NCBI RefSeq assembly: GCF_018350175.1
Contig: NC_058368.1
Coordinates: forward strand, 134,728,001-134,792,000
DNA from: Felis catus
Taxonomy: Eukaryota
Length of the DNA stretch: 64,000 nt
Reading direction: 5' to 3'
This document shows positions 12,266 through 24,914 of this stretch, piece by piece. Position 1 is the first letter of the stretch; each line of letters begins with the position of its first letter. A program made the position numbers and the translations under genes. The notes under the pieces were generated by a model. It was not told where the DNA came from. It ran no database searches and worked only from the letters and a program-made list of their open reading frames with translations.

Positions 12266-14176
12266 CTCAGGGGACGCTGTTGTGGCCTTTTTGTGGCATC
12301 CCTCCTAGGAATGGACATATATCACCTGCATTCCCTTGATGTGTGTGGTGCACTGTCCATAGGGGCATTTCTTGCTCTTCCTCCCGGGAAGCTTGCAGTC
12401 CACCTCTAGCTTCCAATTGCTGACGTCTCTTGTCCCTCTAGCCAGATGATTGTGCATGAGTTCACACACGCTCACTGTCCGTCTCCACCCCTCTACCCCT
12501 CCTTGTCTCTGTCTCATATGTGGCCCACATCTGGTACATGAGGATCAACTCACATATTCTTTGTCTTGACAAACTCTTGAGTTTGCAGACCTGAGTCACG
12601 TGACCCACACTCCTATGGCTCCACCTACAGTAGCCAGCCCATCTGTCCTCACTGGTTCTTCACTGAAGATGAGTTGCTGATACTGTTGTTAGTGTCCGTC
12701 ATTTGCCGGGGCCATATGTCAAACTCTCAAAGTAGTTCCATGGAAGATTCTCTCAAGGCCTGAGTGGGTGAAAAATGGGACACACTGCCCTACTCTCTCC
12801 AAAGACATTAATCTTCACAGTTACAGATATATCTCACTGTCCTTTTTTTTTTTTACCAGCACCCCACCATTTTATATCCTCAACATGGGTATGAAATTTA
12901 AGGGTCATGAAACTGGATTCTCACTATTTCCTTTGAAGACATATTTTGGTATGGCACTCACCTTGGTATTTGGCAATGTAATATCTATCATCTTAGGGTC
13001 TTGGCTGGAAGTACCATACTTACTATATGAGGCGAGCCTCAAATCAACAGGGAGGAATGGATTGATAAATTGTGTCTTAGCAACAGGTCAGCCATTTGGA
13101 GAAACACCAAGTGCGGTCTCTCGCTCGCTCCTAAACCAAATCAGTTTCAAATAGATTAGAACTTTGAATGAAAAAAAAAGAAAGAAATCATAATAGATGC
13201 AAATACAACTGAACATGGAAAAGCTCCATAAGTACCATACAAGTAGAAAAGGAGAAGTTAGATAATTAATTAGATAAAAATTGAAACTTGCAAAATTTCC
13301 CCAAATATAAATAACAGAAATTACATGGAGATACAGAGAAAGACGTAATCTACAAGGCTGAGTAGGGTAATGTCACCAGTAGTTTGGTTTTGTGGTAATG
13401 TTACACAGGTGATTATAATTTTCCTTTCTTATTTCCTGGTTGTTGTTGTTGTTGGAAATTAACATGCATTACTTAATGATAACTGTGTCTTAGCTTACAT
13501 TTAAAATATTGTGTGATATATTGGGACAGTGAAACGATGCCCTGTTGACACACCATTTTCCACTAAAACATAGACTACGTATGTCTGTTCATGCGAAGGA
13601 AATGCTTTACAGCAGGTCGTTCAAACCTGCTAACGTTGCCATTCATTCCTCATCATGAAAAGGGCTGGAAGTTGAATCTTTTGTTGCACTTATTTTGGTG
13701 CACTTTGAGCTGATATTAACAGAACACCATCCATAGTGACATTTGAGACCGATTCTGTTGAGGAACATGAAATGGGAGGCCTCGGTGTAGGTAGCACCTA
13801 ATCAGGTCCTGTTGTGAAGGGGGTACGTACTCTAATTAGTGATTTTCATGCCCAGGGCAAATTTTTCTAATCACAGCTGTAGAGAAAAGGGTGAGGCAGA
13901 TATTTTTAGCCAGAAGGTTCAGGGATAGAGAAGTTACAGTGGCTTTACTGGAAAAAGCCAACAGTCTCAGTGTTATAACAAACACCGTAATCCACAACAG
14001 AAAAGCACACTGTGTGATAAAGTGCTATTAAGGACCACAAAACAGACAGGAAGATATTACCTTAATAGTAGTGATGGTGACATTTACCGAGTGCCTTCCC
14101 TGTGCTAGTCATGGTGCCATATGTTTTATTACGTTATCTCTAGCGAGAAGTAACTTCTTTAAAAACAAGCTGTTTT

Positions 14177-14602
14177 CTTTTTTTTTATTTTATTTATTTT
14201 GAGAGAGTGCAAGAGAGAGAGAAGGGCAGAGGGAGAGAGAGACAGAGAATTTTAAGCAGGCTCCATACTCAGCGAGGAGCCCTATGCAGGACTTGATCCA
14301 TGACCCTGGGATCTGACCTGAGCCTAAATCAAGGGTCAGACACTCCCAGCACCTGGGTGGCACAGTCCGTTAACTGTCCGACTTCGGCTCAGGTCATGAT
14401 CTCACAGTTCATGAGTTCGAGCCCCATGTTGGGCTCTGCACTGACAGCTCAGAGCCTGGAGCCTGCTTCAGATTCTCTCTGTCCCTCCCCCACTCATGTG
14501 CGTGTGCGTTCTCCCTCTCTCTCTGTCTCTGAAAAATAAATATTAAAAAAACTTTTTTAAAAAAAGAGACACTCAACCAACTGAGCCACCCAAGCACCCC
14601 CC
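14177..14602 (-). mobile_element. Older CanSINE split by a nested SINE
   Basis: Outer TSD aaacaagctg(t/c)ttt at 14163-14176 and 14603-14616; body continuous across the insert. Confidence 0.93.
14346..14566 (+). mobile_element. CanSINE nested antisense in an older SINE
   Basis: TSD agacactc at 14338-14345 and 14567-14574. Confidence 0.93.
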
Positions 14603-15008
14603 AAACAAGCTGCTTTGCGAATTACTTTTCAAAAAGGTAATTTCATAAAAACTCAAATCTTAAAAACTTCTGCTCATCACATTACCTTGAAAATTATTGC
14701 TGTTGAGTACAAACATAATAGCAATTAATAAAGGTTCTAATACCTATTAGAATTTCCCTAGGGAAGTTTTGAGGTACAGATGAAGATCTTTGGGCTGTTT
14801 CTCCATAGTAAAAAAAAGTCTGTAGCAGAGTCAAACCCTTCAGTTCCCACAAGAGGCTGAGAGATTACAGTGACAGTGATGATGATGGCCAGTCCTTAAT
14901 GGGCCCTTACTTATGTCAGGCACTACTCCAAGTGCTTTACATTTATGGATTATCTTAATCTACCCAACAAATGTGAGGAGTTAGATGTGTTCCCTATTTT
15001 CATTAAAG

Positions 15009-15110
15009 GATTTTATTTTTAAATTATCTCTGCACCCAACACGAGGCTTGAACTCACAACTCCGAGATTAAGACTTACATGCTCTACTGACTGAGTCAGC
15101 CAGGTGCCCC
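15009..15110 (-). mobile_element. Short old CanSINE (tRNA-like head only)
   Basis: catgctctactgactgagtcagccaggtgcccc; TSD agatgt...ccctatttt. Confidence 0.85.
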
Positions 15111-15163
15111 AGATGTATCCCCTATTTTAAGAGAAGGAAACTGAATCATAAAGAAATTTTAAA

Positions 15164-15378
15164 GATTTTATTTATTTTTTTATTGTTTTTTTTTTTTGAG
15201 AGAGACAGAGTACGAGTGGGGATAGGTACAGAGAGAGAGGGAGACACAGAATCTGAAGGAGGCTCCAGGCTCTGAGCTGTCCGCACAGAGCCCGATGCAG
15301 GGCTCAAACCCACGAGCATTGAGATCATGACCTGAGCTGCAGTCAGATGCTTAACCGACTCAGCCACCCAGGCGCCCC
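15164..15378 (-). mobile_element. CanSINE
   Basis: Perfect 20-bp TSD aatcataaagaaattttaaa at 15144-15163 and 15380-15399. Confidence 0.97.
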
Positions 15379-15879
15379 AAATCATAAAGAAATTTTAAAC
15401 CTTCTCCAAAATCACGTAGGGAATGATTCATGTTGCCGGGAACTGAACCCAGACAGTCTGGTTCCAGAGCTCGCTCTTAGCACACTGCATTGCAGTCTGG
15501 CCTCCCTAGCTCAGATCCCTTTGAGGTGGGCTGGGGTCAAAGGCTCATGTTATCAGACTGTAGAAATAGGTCTGCATCCTTTTACTGGCAATTATCAAGC
15601 TGAATCACTGTAACAATTACTTGGACAACATCAGCCCCGCACACTATTAGGGAATTAAACAAAAATGAGGGGGTTGCTCGGTTGCAGAGAGAATTGCCTT
15701 GGAGTTTTCTTACGTGTTGCTGCACGACAGCTACCTAGAAAGGCAGAGTCCCTTGGATGCTCACTTCCTCTGTGACTGTAGAAAGCCACATTTTCATTCT
15801 GTGTCATTGTTCTTCCCCTGTTCTTCTCCAGAAACACAGCCGAGTCCGTGTAAAGTTGTGACTTTGCAGGTCGGACCTG

Positions 15880-16030
15880 GTTTCAAATGCTGGTCCCCCC
15901 AACCTAGGAGCTCTGAGACCTTGGGAAAGTGACTTAATCTCCCTAAGTCTCAGTTTTCTCATCCTCAAAATGGGCCTAATGCTTACCTACTTCACAGAGT
16001 TGTTGAGAGAGCCGCATGAGAGCCCACATC
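15880..16030 (+). mobile_element. MIR
   Basis: gaccttgggaaagtgacttaatctc...ctcagttttctcatc...aaaatggg. Confidence 0.85.
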
Positions 16031-17371
16031 CGGTGCAGCAACTGTGCAAAAGTAAGCTGCATCATTGTTAGCTGCGATTGTTTTCTTCAACTTTTTCTTC
16101 AACATCTTCGTCATAATTAGCCCCTGCTCTGTTGTCATCCTTCTGCGGCATTTTTAAAAGTGATTGTGAATGCGGCTGTCATCCTTGCTTTTCATTTTTA
16201 ACTACGGACGATGAGATGTTGAGGCACAAAACAAAGTATGCAGTCAGGCTATTGAATTTTCCCTCTATAGCACCCTGTAAATTTGAACCAACAGAAAGGA
16301 AGGACAAGACAAGATGATAATGAGGAAAGTCCTTCCCACAGAGCATCTTTGTGGCCAAAGCTCTTGCAATAAATGCAAAGCACATAAAACGGAATGTCCC
16401 CTTATGTCACAGCTGAAAACTGTAACATAAATATTTTTGTCAGTTGGCTTTATCCTACAGATGTTTTTGAGGATTTGTTGTTGAAACAGCCAATCCACTC
16501 CTGAATAAAAAAACTTTTGGCAGTCCTCAAAGTGTCAACTAATTAGATCCAAATTGCAGCTGAACATTTTGAAATGTATGCATCGCCCACGTGAATACTG
16601 AGTGAATTTATTATAAATAGAATTTCAATTGCTGTGAGAGAAGGGACACTCAACGGCACGGAAGTAAACTAATTTGTGAGCGTTTATTAAACACCTTATT
16701 AAGATCTCCCCTCACAAGGGACAGTGTATAGTGGAGTAAAGATGAATATCCCACAGTGTGCCCAAGAAAGGCTCTCTGCACGGAAGTCAGAAAAACCACT
16801 AGGATCTGGTGCATAATGAAGTGAATTCTAATCTCATTTCTGCTACTCATTTTGTGAAGGTTCAGAAGGCACTTATCCATGTTGCGTAAACTGGGCTCCC
16901 ACCCATTGGGCCAGATTCCCCCTGCACACGTTTTTACAACTGAATTTGAATGACTCAAGGGGATGCCCATCATTCTCGGTGGAGGTGAGAGCTCAGACTC
17001 ACACATTTGTTATTGCCTGCTCTAACGATGATGAGTTAGAGAGAGCCTTGATTTAGCCTTTGGGGATTTTGGTTTCTGCCTTTGGATGAGGTGAACTTTC
17101 AGTGACCCATTTGTCCAAGTATATCATGATAGGCATTATAGATGACAGAATACCAGACTGATGGTTGATAAAAATAAAACAATTTAAGCAACCGAGTGGA
17201 AAAGTCTGTCTGCTCATTATGCAAAGAAGAACTGAGTAGTTTTTAGAATCATCCAGCAGCAAACCTGCCTCTTCTGTTAATGAGTGTCCCATCGCTGGAC
17301 CTTCTCCATCCAATACCAGAAAACAGTCACCAAAGGATTAGAAGGAAGAGACTCTGGTATAGATTGCTAGA

Positions 17372-17800
17372 TATATTAGCGTCCTTAAGCTGCTGTAACA
17401 AAGTACCACAATCTGAGTGGCTTAAACCAACAGAATTTTATTGTCTCATGGTTCCCCAAGTCAGAAATCAAGTTAGCAGCAGGACCATGCTCTTTCTGAA
17501 AGCCCTAGGGAAGAATCATTTCTTGCCTCTTCCTAGTTTGTGGTGCTTGCCAGAAATCCTAATCCTAATCCTTGGTTTGTAGCCGCATCACCCTAATCTC
17601 TGCTTCTGTCTTCACAGGGACGTCTTCCATCTATGTGTGACTCCAAATCATTCTCTCTTTCTAAGGAGATCAGTCATTGATTGAGTTTAGGGCCCACCTT
17701 AATCCAGTATGATGTCATCTCAACTTGGGTACTTCTGCAAAAACCTGATTTCCATGTAAAGTCACATTCACTGGTACAGAGAGGGTTAGGACCTCAACCA
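17372..17800 (-). mobile_element. MaLR solo LTR (MLT1-type)
   Basis: gctgctgtaacaaagtaccaca...ggcttaaa...agggcccaccttaatccagtatga. Confidence 0.85.
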
Positions 17801-18451
17801 AGGGTTGGGAGTTTGGGGATGGCCTACAGGTAGGTATGACTAGTTGGCTGATAGGATGATCCTACCTACTGTGAGAGTCTAGGAGTTTCTAATTGCTTTC
17901 TACCAAAATGATGACATCGGCTGGCCCAACAATTATTAACTGTCTCCGTTAGTATTAAACCGAGTAGCAAGTATTACTCTCTTTTGTTTAATGGATGTCT
18001 TGCTGATTCTTTAAGTCTTGTGTTTTATAAATGATTGGGGCACCTTAGGATGCTGCCTTGAGTCAGAGCACAAGTTTTTATTTACCATGTCCTTTTAATT
18101 AACATTAAGGCTTATGGATCTCACATTTACTATGTCTTCAGAAATACAGATATATGTTACCAGACTTGAGTTATATGTTGAATGTGGGGTAGACTGAACT
18201 TTTAAGAATTTATTAGGGTTTTAATGATAGAGCAGAGAGCAAACATTAGTCCTTTATTTGCCTTTAGAAAATGACAGACTGGTCTCACTGGTAAATCAGA
18301 AGACAGCTTCATGGTTTAAATGTGCTATCCCATTCTAATCTGTATGTATCTTCATGGAAGAATGTGGTGTCTTGGATGCATGCACTTAAGTGATTTAGCA
18401 CCAGTGTTTTGTTTTGACAGGCAGTTTTTATATTTATCTACTAAACTTTAC

Positions 18452-18725
18452 TCCAGGGTTTCTCAACCTCAGTACTACCAGCATTTTGTGCTTGATAATT
18501 ATTTGTTGTGGGAGCTGTGTTGTGCATTGTAATCTGTCCTGTAGCATCCCAGGCCTCTACACACTAGAAGCCAGTAACAACTCTCCTCACCTCCCCCGCA
18601 CTCCCCCAACCCCTCAACCCCCACACTTGGATCCTTCAAGCATGACTGGCACAAAGGTCTACGGACATTTCAAGTGCCCCTGGAGGGATGGGTGGTCAGC
18701 GTTGATCCCAGGTGGGAACCATTGC
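18452..18725. mobile_element. MER20 (hAT-Charlie MITE)
   Basis: cagggtttctcaacctcag...tttgttgtggg...gcatcccaggcctctacacactaga...gaaccattg. Confidence 0.85.
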
Positions 18726-18825
18726 TTTGCCAAATTATTTTCAATGCGTCATCATTGCTTCCAAATTTATCTCCTCAATCTGCCCAAACCTATGACCATG
18801 AGCAGAAAGACCAGTTAAGGTTTGT

Positions 18826-20366
18826 TTAATTCTCATACTTTTGAGTCTCAGAATTCCTCTTGAAAATTATTGGTGAGCTCACTGGGCTTCTTGTGTATTT
18901 TGGGTATAACTTATCAATAGTGACCGCATGAGAAAAAACATTAATATTTATGTATTCATTGAAAAACAATAATAAGATACTCATTACATGTTTGTATAAA
19001 TATTTTATGGATATTAAATCTATTTTTTCAAAAAAGATGAGTAGCAGTGTTACATTGTTGTAAATGTCGTTGTCTAACTTAATAGAAGGCAGCTGGAGTC
19101 TCGTATCTTCTTCTTTCACCCTGTTGATATGTGTTGTCTTGGTTGAAGCATATAAAGAAAATTGCACATAGATATAGGGGGAAAACGGAGGAGTATTGTA
19201 ACAGCCTTTTCACGTCCTTGTGGATATTTTTCTTTACGTCTCCAAACTCACCAAGGAGTAGTTTCTTAAAGGTTACTTTGTAATTTTAAGATTATTTTGT
19301 GTCCCTTTCATTTTGAAAGGGTCTTTTACCCATGCATTGGTCATTTGGAAAATACTGGTTTGTTGAGTTATGTGGTTCTTCTACATAATTGGCCCATTTT
19401 ATTATCGATGTTATCGTTTTAACATAAGAAATCACAATCATTAACATAATTGCCAGTCTCAAAGGCAATGTCTTTAAGTATTAGGCCATTGTCAAGCTCA
19501 TGGTGGTAGATAGGAGTTTGAAAGCTTGAATTTTGTCATTGGCAACAAATACTGCCAGTGGCTTCCCTTGAAGTGAAAGACTTATTTCATTAATTTTTGA
19601 GAAAATGTCTGACAAATACTCAAGTATGAAAACCATAATTTGTCAGTCATTCCTTCAAATAAAAAATCATGTTCTGTGAAAAATGGCTATTTAGTTTGCA
19701 GCCCATACAATTCAATATGCCCTTTTCCTCAAGACAAGCCGTCCTCCTGTAGCATGCTGCAAGTTTTATGTTCACTTCCTATTTTATCACACATGATATA
19801 TTTTATTTTTATATATATTGTTAAAGTTGATTCATTTATTTTTGAGAGAGAGAGAGAGTGAGTGGAGGAGGGCAGAGAGAGAGGGAGAGAGAGAATCCCA
19901 AGCACGCTCCATGCTACCAGGGTATAGCCCGACACGGGGCTTGAACTCATGAACTGTGAGATCATGACCTGTGCCAAAATCCAGAGTCAGATGCTGAATG
20001 GACTGATCCACTCAGGCACCCCACGCAGGATGTATTTTCAAGTTTACCTAATAGTTGAGATTTAATAAGAGCAATCATTTTGTTTGTTTGTTTGTTTTAT
20101 CAAAGACATTCTTAAGTGAACCTGGCTTCTCCACCACCCTCCCACCCCCACTGTCAGTAGTGCCTGATGGTAAAGAATAAAATGTCTGCTTGTGTAGTTT
20201 GATGCCGCTGTCTTGGTTCTTACTAAAAGCATCAGCATGACTTACACCATTGGTGTAAATATCAATACAGTGAAAAAGACCAGTAATGTCTTAGAATTAT
20301 CATAAAAAAATTTTTAGACCTTGGGGAACCCCCAGAGACCCACAGACTAACTTTGAGAACTACTGG
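18826..20366. mobile_element. Charlie1-like non-autonomous hAT transposon
   Basis: Ends ttctcatacttttgagtctcag... and ...ctttgagaactactg; Charlie1-like interior; no transposase ORF. Confidence 0.7.
19800..20022 (-). mobile_element. CanSINE inside Charlie1
   Basis: (GA)n, gaatcccaagca, reverse head ending ggcacccc. Confidence 0.93.
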
Positions 20367-21149
20367 TCTATGATGATCATTCTACAGTACACTTAATTTG
20401 AATATTCTAGAAAATATCTTCTGATAGGCATACATAATAGCAGATATACTTCTTCATACTAGAACTTAGTAGATCCCAAGAACTGCACATGGCATTTGAG
20501 GAATATTTCTCCCTCTGCCACCAAAATTATAAAAACTATGACTGTTCTCTACAACAATCTCAGAAGTTAGAAATGTTTCTAAACATTTTAGTTTCTTTTA
20601 ATGGAACTGACATTTGCGAATTTTCCTATATTTTTTTTTTTTTGGAAGTACTTTCGCATTTAGCCTAGACTCTCTCAAAGTAATGAATTTCAAGACCTTA
20701 TATGTCAGCACCACTTTCTGGTTGTTTCCCTCCCCCCTCCCCCCCGCCCCCTTAAAGATAGCTTCCGGTTCCAAGAAATTTGGAAAAGAAGCATACATGC
20801 ATTCACTCAGTTTCCAACAATGCTTTGCTCAGATGAGGCACTTATAGTTTTGTCAACTATAAAATTTAATTAACTTATAATATTGATAGTTTTATGGTCT
20901 GGTGATATGATTTTCAACCTTCGTCCATCTAGACAGGAGAGGGCTATTTTTCAGGCCCCTGGAATACTTGAAGGCAAAAGCAAAGCCCTCTGTTGAAAAA
21001 AGAACGATTAAGGGAATTTATGCATCCTGAAAGGTAAGCCTGCTCTCCAAGGCCTGTCCATGCATGGCGCAGCCATGATAGTCAAAACTCTGGCTGCCAG
21101 CCTTATCCACAGTCTCCTACCATCAGGTACCCAAATGATTCTGTCTGAG

Positions 21150-21960
21150 AAAACTGGTAAGATGTAAACATAACTAGTGTTTGGGGTTCCCCCCAAAACC
21201 ACATAGTCTACCATTTGACAAGCCCCACCCCACGTGCTCAGGAGAAAAAGGAAGATCATATCCAACAAAAGAAGAAGGTGATAAGAATTTCTAGAATGTT
21301 ATTAAGTGAATTCTGGGATAACAACTCCTTAGTAAGCCACACTGAAGCAAGAATATGGAGTAGTCCATGAAGGATGTCTCCAAGGGGGAGAAATGGAACA
21401 TACAAATTACCCATCGAATTTCACCACTTGAGGAATCTTCTAGAGACCTGAATGGAGAATTTGGGTATAAATTGTTGCTAGGTAAATAGAAGCTATTCAA
21501 ATATAAAAAAGGCAGTTAACTCCTAGAAAATCTAAAAGCTATACAAGAAAAGTAATGTGTTCTCAGTGTGCCACGTGGCTCAGTAAGAACAATGTTCATA
21601 TGGCCATAATAATGTAAATACTGTCCATTGGGTTAGCCAAAAATTGTGATTTGTGTTGGGGGGAGATAAGTGGGAAAGTGCTTGTGTGTGCTTGAGTCTA
21701 CAGGTAGTAGTTATAAAAGAGCCAAATCCTAGTAGAGAAAATCATGTCTAAATCAAGACGTAGCTGTATAAAATAAGTATGTTACTTAAAAAAAGAAATG
21801 GAAGTTAAAACCAGAAAAGCCTGAAAAATGGTGGAAGTCATTCTTCTAGATAATAGAACTTAGGAATGGGTGGGGTTAAGAGAAAGCAACTATTATTTTT
21901 CATTTTAAACCTTACAGAGTTATCAAAATAGCATATGTATATTCCCTCATATTGGTGAAA
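21150..21960 (+). mobile_element. Old L1M 3' UTR fragment
   Basis: A-rich degenerate L1M-like phrases (ccacgtggctcag...ataataatgtaaatactg). Confidence 0.4.
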
Positions 21961-22152
21961 AAAAAAAAAGGAAGTTACTAAATCAAAGACGTTTCCCTTT
22001 TTATGTAGGTAGCTCTGACTGAATAACAAGACTTGTGCCTAACAGTAGCCCTATCCCTGATTCGTCTTCACCTCTCCCATCAAAAGGTATCTGCATATGT
22101 CCTAATTTCTCAAAATTCTGACTTTATATTCTTAGTTGAATTAAAAATTTGA

Positions 22153-22370
22153 GGGGTGCCTCAGTGGCTCAGTTGGTTAAGCGTACAACTATTGATTTTG
22201 GCTCGGGTCATGATCTCACAGTTGTGAGATTGAGCCCTGCTTCGGGCTGCAAGGTGAGCGTGGAGTCTGCTTGGGATTCTCTCTCTCCCTTTCTGCCCCC
22301 CCCCCCCACTCCCTGAGTGCTCCCCACTCTCTCTCTAAATAAATAAATTAATTATATATTTAAGAAAAAA
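22153..22370 (+). mobile_element. CanSINE (older)
   Basis: ggggtgcctcagtggctcag head; TSD aatttga. Confidence 0.93.
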
Positions 22371-22639
22371 GAATTTGATCTAGCTTCCCTTTCAACCTAA
22401 TCTGCCTGCAATAGCCCAGATGACAATTCTCTCTGGCCAGACTGATCTACTTCTGATCACTTGATTATATTACTCTGCCAAGGGTGCAGTACCCCCATTG
22501 CTCCAAATCTTTGCCTGTCACATTTTCAGTAATCACTCAAATCCTCATTCCTTATGGAATCCGCTCTTGACCACTTTAGTTGGCAGTGATTTGGCTCTTC
22601 TTATATACTATCTGGTTCCATTACCTACTAATTTTTTTT

Positions 22640-23930
22640 TTTTTTTTGCAAGATAGACCTTGGATACAAAAAGTATGCCTCATGTAACTGTACAACTTAG
22701 AATAAAATAAGCATCCAACAACTCACCTACCCCCATTTAAGAAGTAGAACATTCCTCTCCATGATTGCATGTCCCCACCCCACCCTACAGGGGAAATGGC
22801 CAGGTCTATCATTGGAGTATTTGTTTTCTTCATGGCTTTATTAAAACTAGACATATCTTTATACGATGTTTTAATTTTTTTAATTGAAATTTATGTAAAT
22901 GAGATCCTAGTTTATGTATTTTTCTTAGATTTTCTTCTTTTGCTCATTGTTTTTGAGAATTAGCTATGTTATACAAATAGCAATAGTTGGTTCTTTCCTA
23001 TCACTCTATAGCGTTCAGTTGTGTCAATATACTATGAGTTACTTCTAGTTTCTGTTGTGGATTGACATAACAGGTTGTCAGTAATTTTCAATAACAGCCA
23101 GTACTGCTGTAAACTTTTATATACCTGTCTCTTGATGCATATGTATAATACTTTTCTAGGTCAGTGGTTCTCACAGTGTAATTCCTGAACCAGTAGAATC
23201 AGCACCACTTGGAAACTCACTAGAAATACAAATTCCGGGGCCCTACCGCAGACCTACTAAATCAGAAACAAAAGGTAGACCCAGGAATCTGCATTTTAAC
23301 ATGCCCATCAAGTGATTCTGATGCACACTCAAAGTCAAGAACCACAGATCTAGTGTGTTCATAGACGTGTCAGATTCTCCTTGTAGTTCTATCTGTATTT
23401 AGTTAGTGTGTTTTGAAGATGCATTGTTGGGATACCCATAAGTAGTATTCCAGTGTCCTCTAATTTCCATATAGCTGTTTGACCGGTCAACTAATTATTC
23501 TTTTGTACTAAACTTGTCTTCTGCTCAAACTGATACTTCTTTTTTTTTTTTTTTTTTTTAAACTTCTGCACTTTCTCCATAATGTGTCTAAATGTAGATT
23601 TCTGTCTAACTTGCCTGGGATTTGTTGGGATGCCTGAATCTAAGAATAGGCCTTTTCATGGAGAAATGAATTCCATTCTACATTTTCATGCAACTTAAAA
23701 CGTGCTACATTTTCCTATTCTCTTTTCTAATAGTCTGATTATATTAGGTTATCTCACCCCATGCCCATTATTTCTAGACTTCTCTTTTATATTTTCATTC
23801 CTTTTCAAATCTATTTTTCTTTAACTTCATTTATAGCTGATAATTCCCAAATCTCCTGCCTTTGTGGGACTTTTCATGTATTATGTTGTTTTGCTGACTC
23901 TTACTCATGGTGGCCGGTTTGCCCATGTTA
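22640..23930 (-). mobile_element. Old L1M fragments
   Basis: T-rich, poly-T start, L1M 3'-end-like phrases; interrupted by MER5A. Confidence 0.5.
23162..23347. mobile_element. MER5A (hAT-Charlie)
   Basis: cagtggttctca...agacctactaaatcagaaac...gtgattctgatgcac...agaaccacag, flanked by tctag. Confidence 0.9.
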
Positions 23931-24914
23931 CTCTATGTGAGTGTGTGTGTGTGTGTGAGTGTGTGTATGTGTGGCGGGGGGATGAGGATGATTGGTGTTC
24001 CTTGGACCTTGGCATATAGGAATTCATTCAAAGGCTGGGGTTAAAGAGAATTTGTGTTCACTTCTGCCATGCACCTGGGGATAATATCAATTTGGGATTT
24101 TTATAAACACTGTATAGACATGGGAAATGATGGCCCCAAACCACTATGGTTAGAAATTCTCCAAGGAGACATTTTAAATTATTTTTCCCATCTTTATTAG
24201 TTTTTAATTTCACTACTTTAGCTGATAGTGCCATTACTGCAAATCATCTTCCATCCTCTTTGAGAACACTTTTAAATAGAAATGACAAAATGAAACAAAT
24301 AAACGGAAGAATATTTAAAAGCTAGTTAATTATAACATTGGATTATTTTTAAATAAACCTGCTGGTATCTCAGGCAACACAGTCCAATGTGCTTTGCTTT
24401 TAAAGTAAGTTTCAGGGCATTGCCTAAAGCAATGATAGCAGAATTAATTGATTTTAAAGAATGCTTAAACAGCCTCAAAATATGAATGAGGGAAACATAC
24501 AAGTTCTGAGTCAATATTAAATATTTATAGGGAAGTTAAGATTTAGAGACTTAGAAACTCAGATCTGGGCTTGCTTCTCAATGCGAATGGGCAGGATGGC
24601 ATAGTGTGGGCTCTGTATAAAAGAAGAGAATAAAGCTCCAAAATAAGAACAGTGTATGTAGTATCCTGCCTCCCGTGTAAAAATAGAGAAAGGATGTGCA
24701 TTTGCTTGTGTGTGCACAAGATCCGTATGGAAAGACAATCAAGAAACCAAAAATATTGGTTACCTCTGGAAATGGGAATTGGACAGAGGTGATAGAGATT
24801 TTTCCATAAGTACCATGTTGAACCTCTTGTGTTTTGAGCCATGAAAACATATTAAGTATTCACATAACTGACTATATAGATGAATGGATTGATAGATATA
24901 AAGGTGGGTAAAAA

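Larger units (their letters stand above)
14870..15480 (-). mobile_element. MIR interrupted by two CanSINEs
   Basis: aagtgctttacattt...ctatttt...gaaactga...cccagacagtctggttccagagc. Confidence 0.7.

Noticed and set aside
11880..13020. Possible ancient LTR/ERV relic
   Set aside because: Too degenerate to assign by eye.
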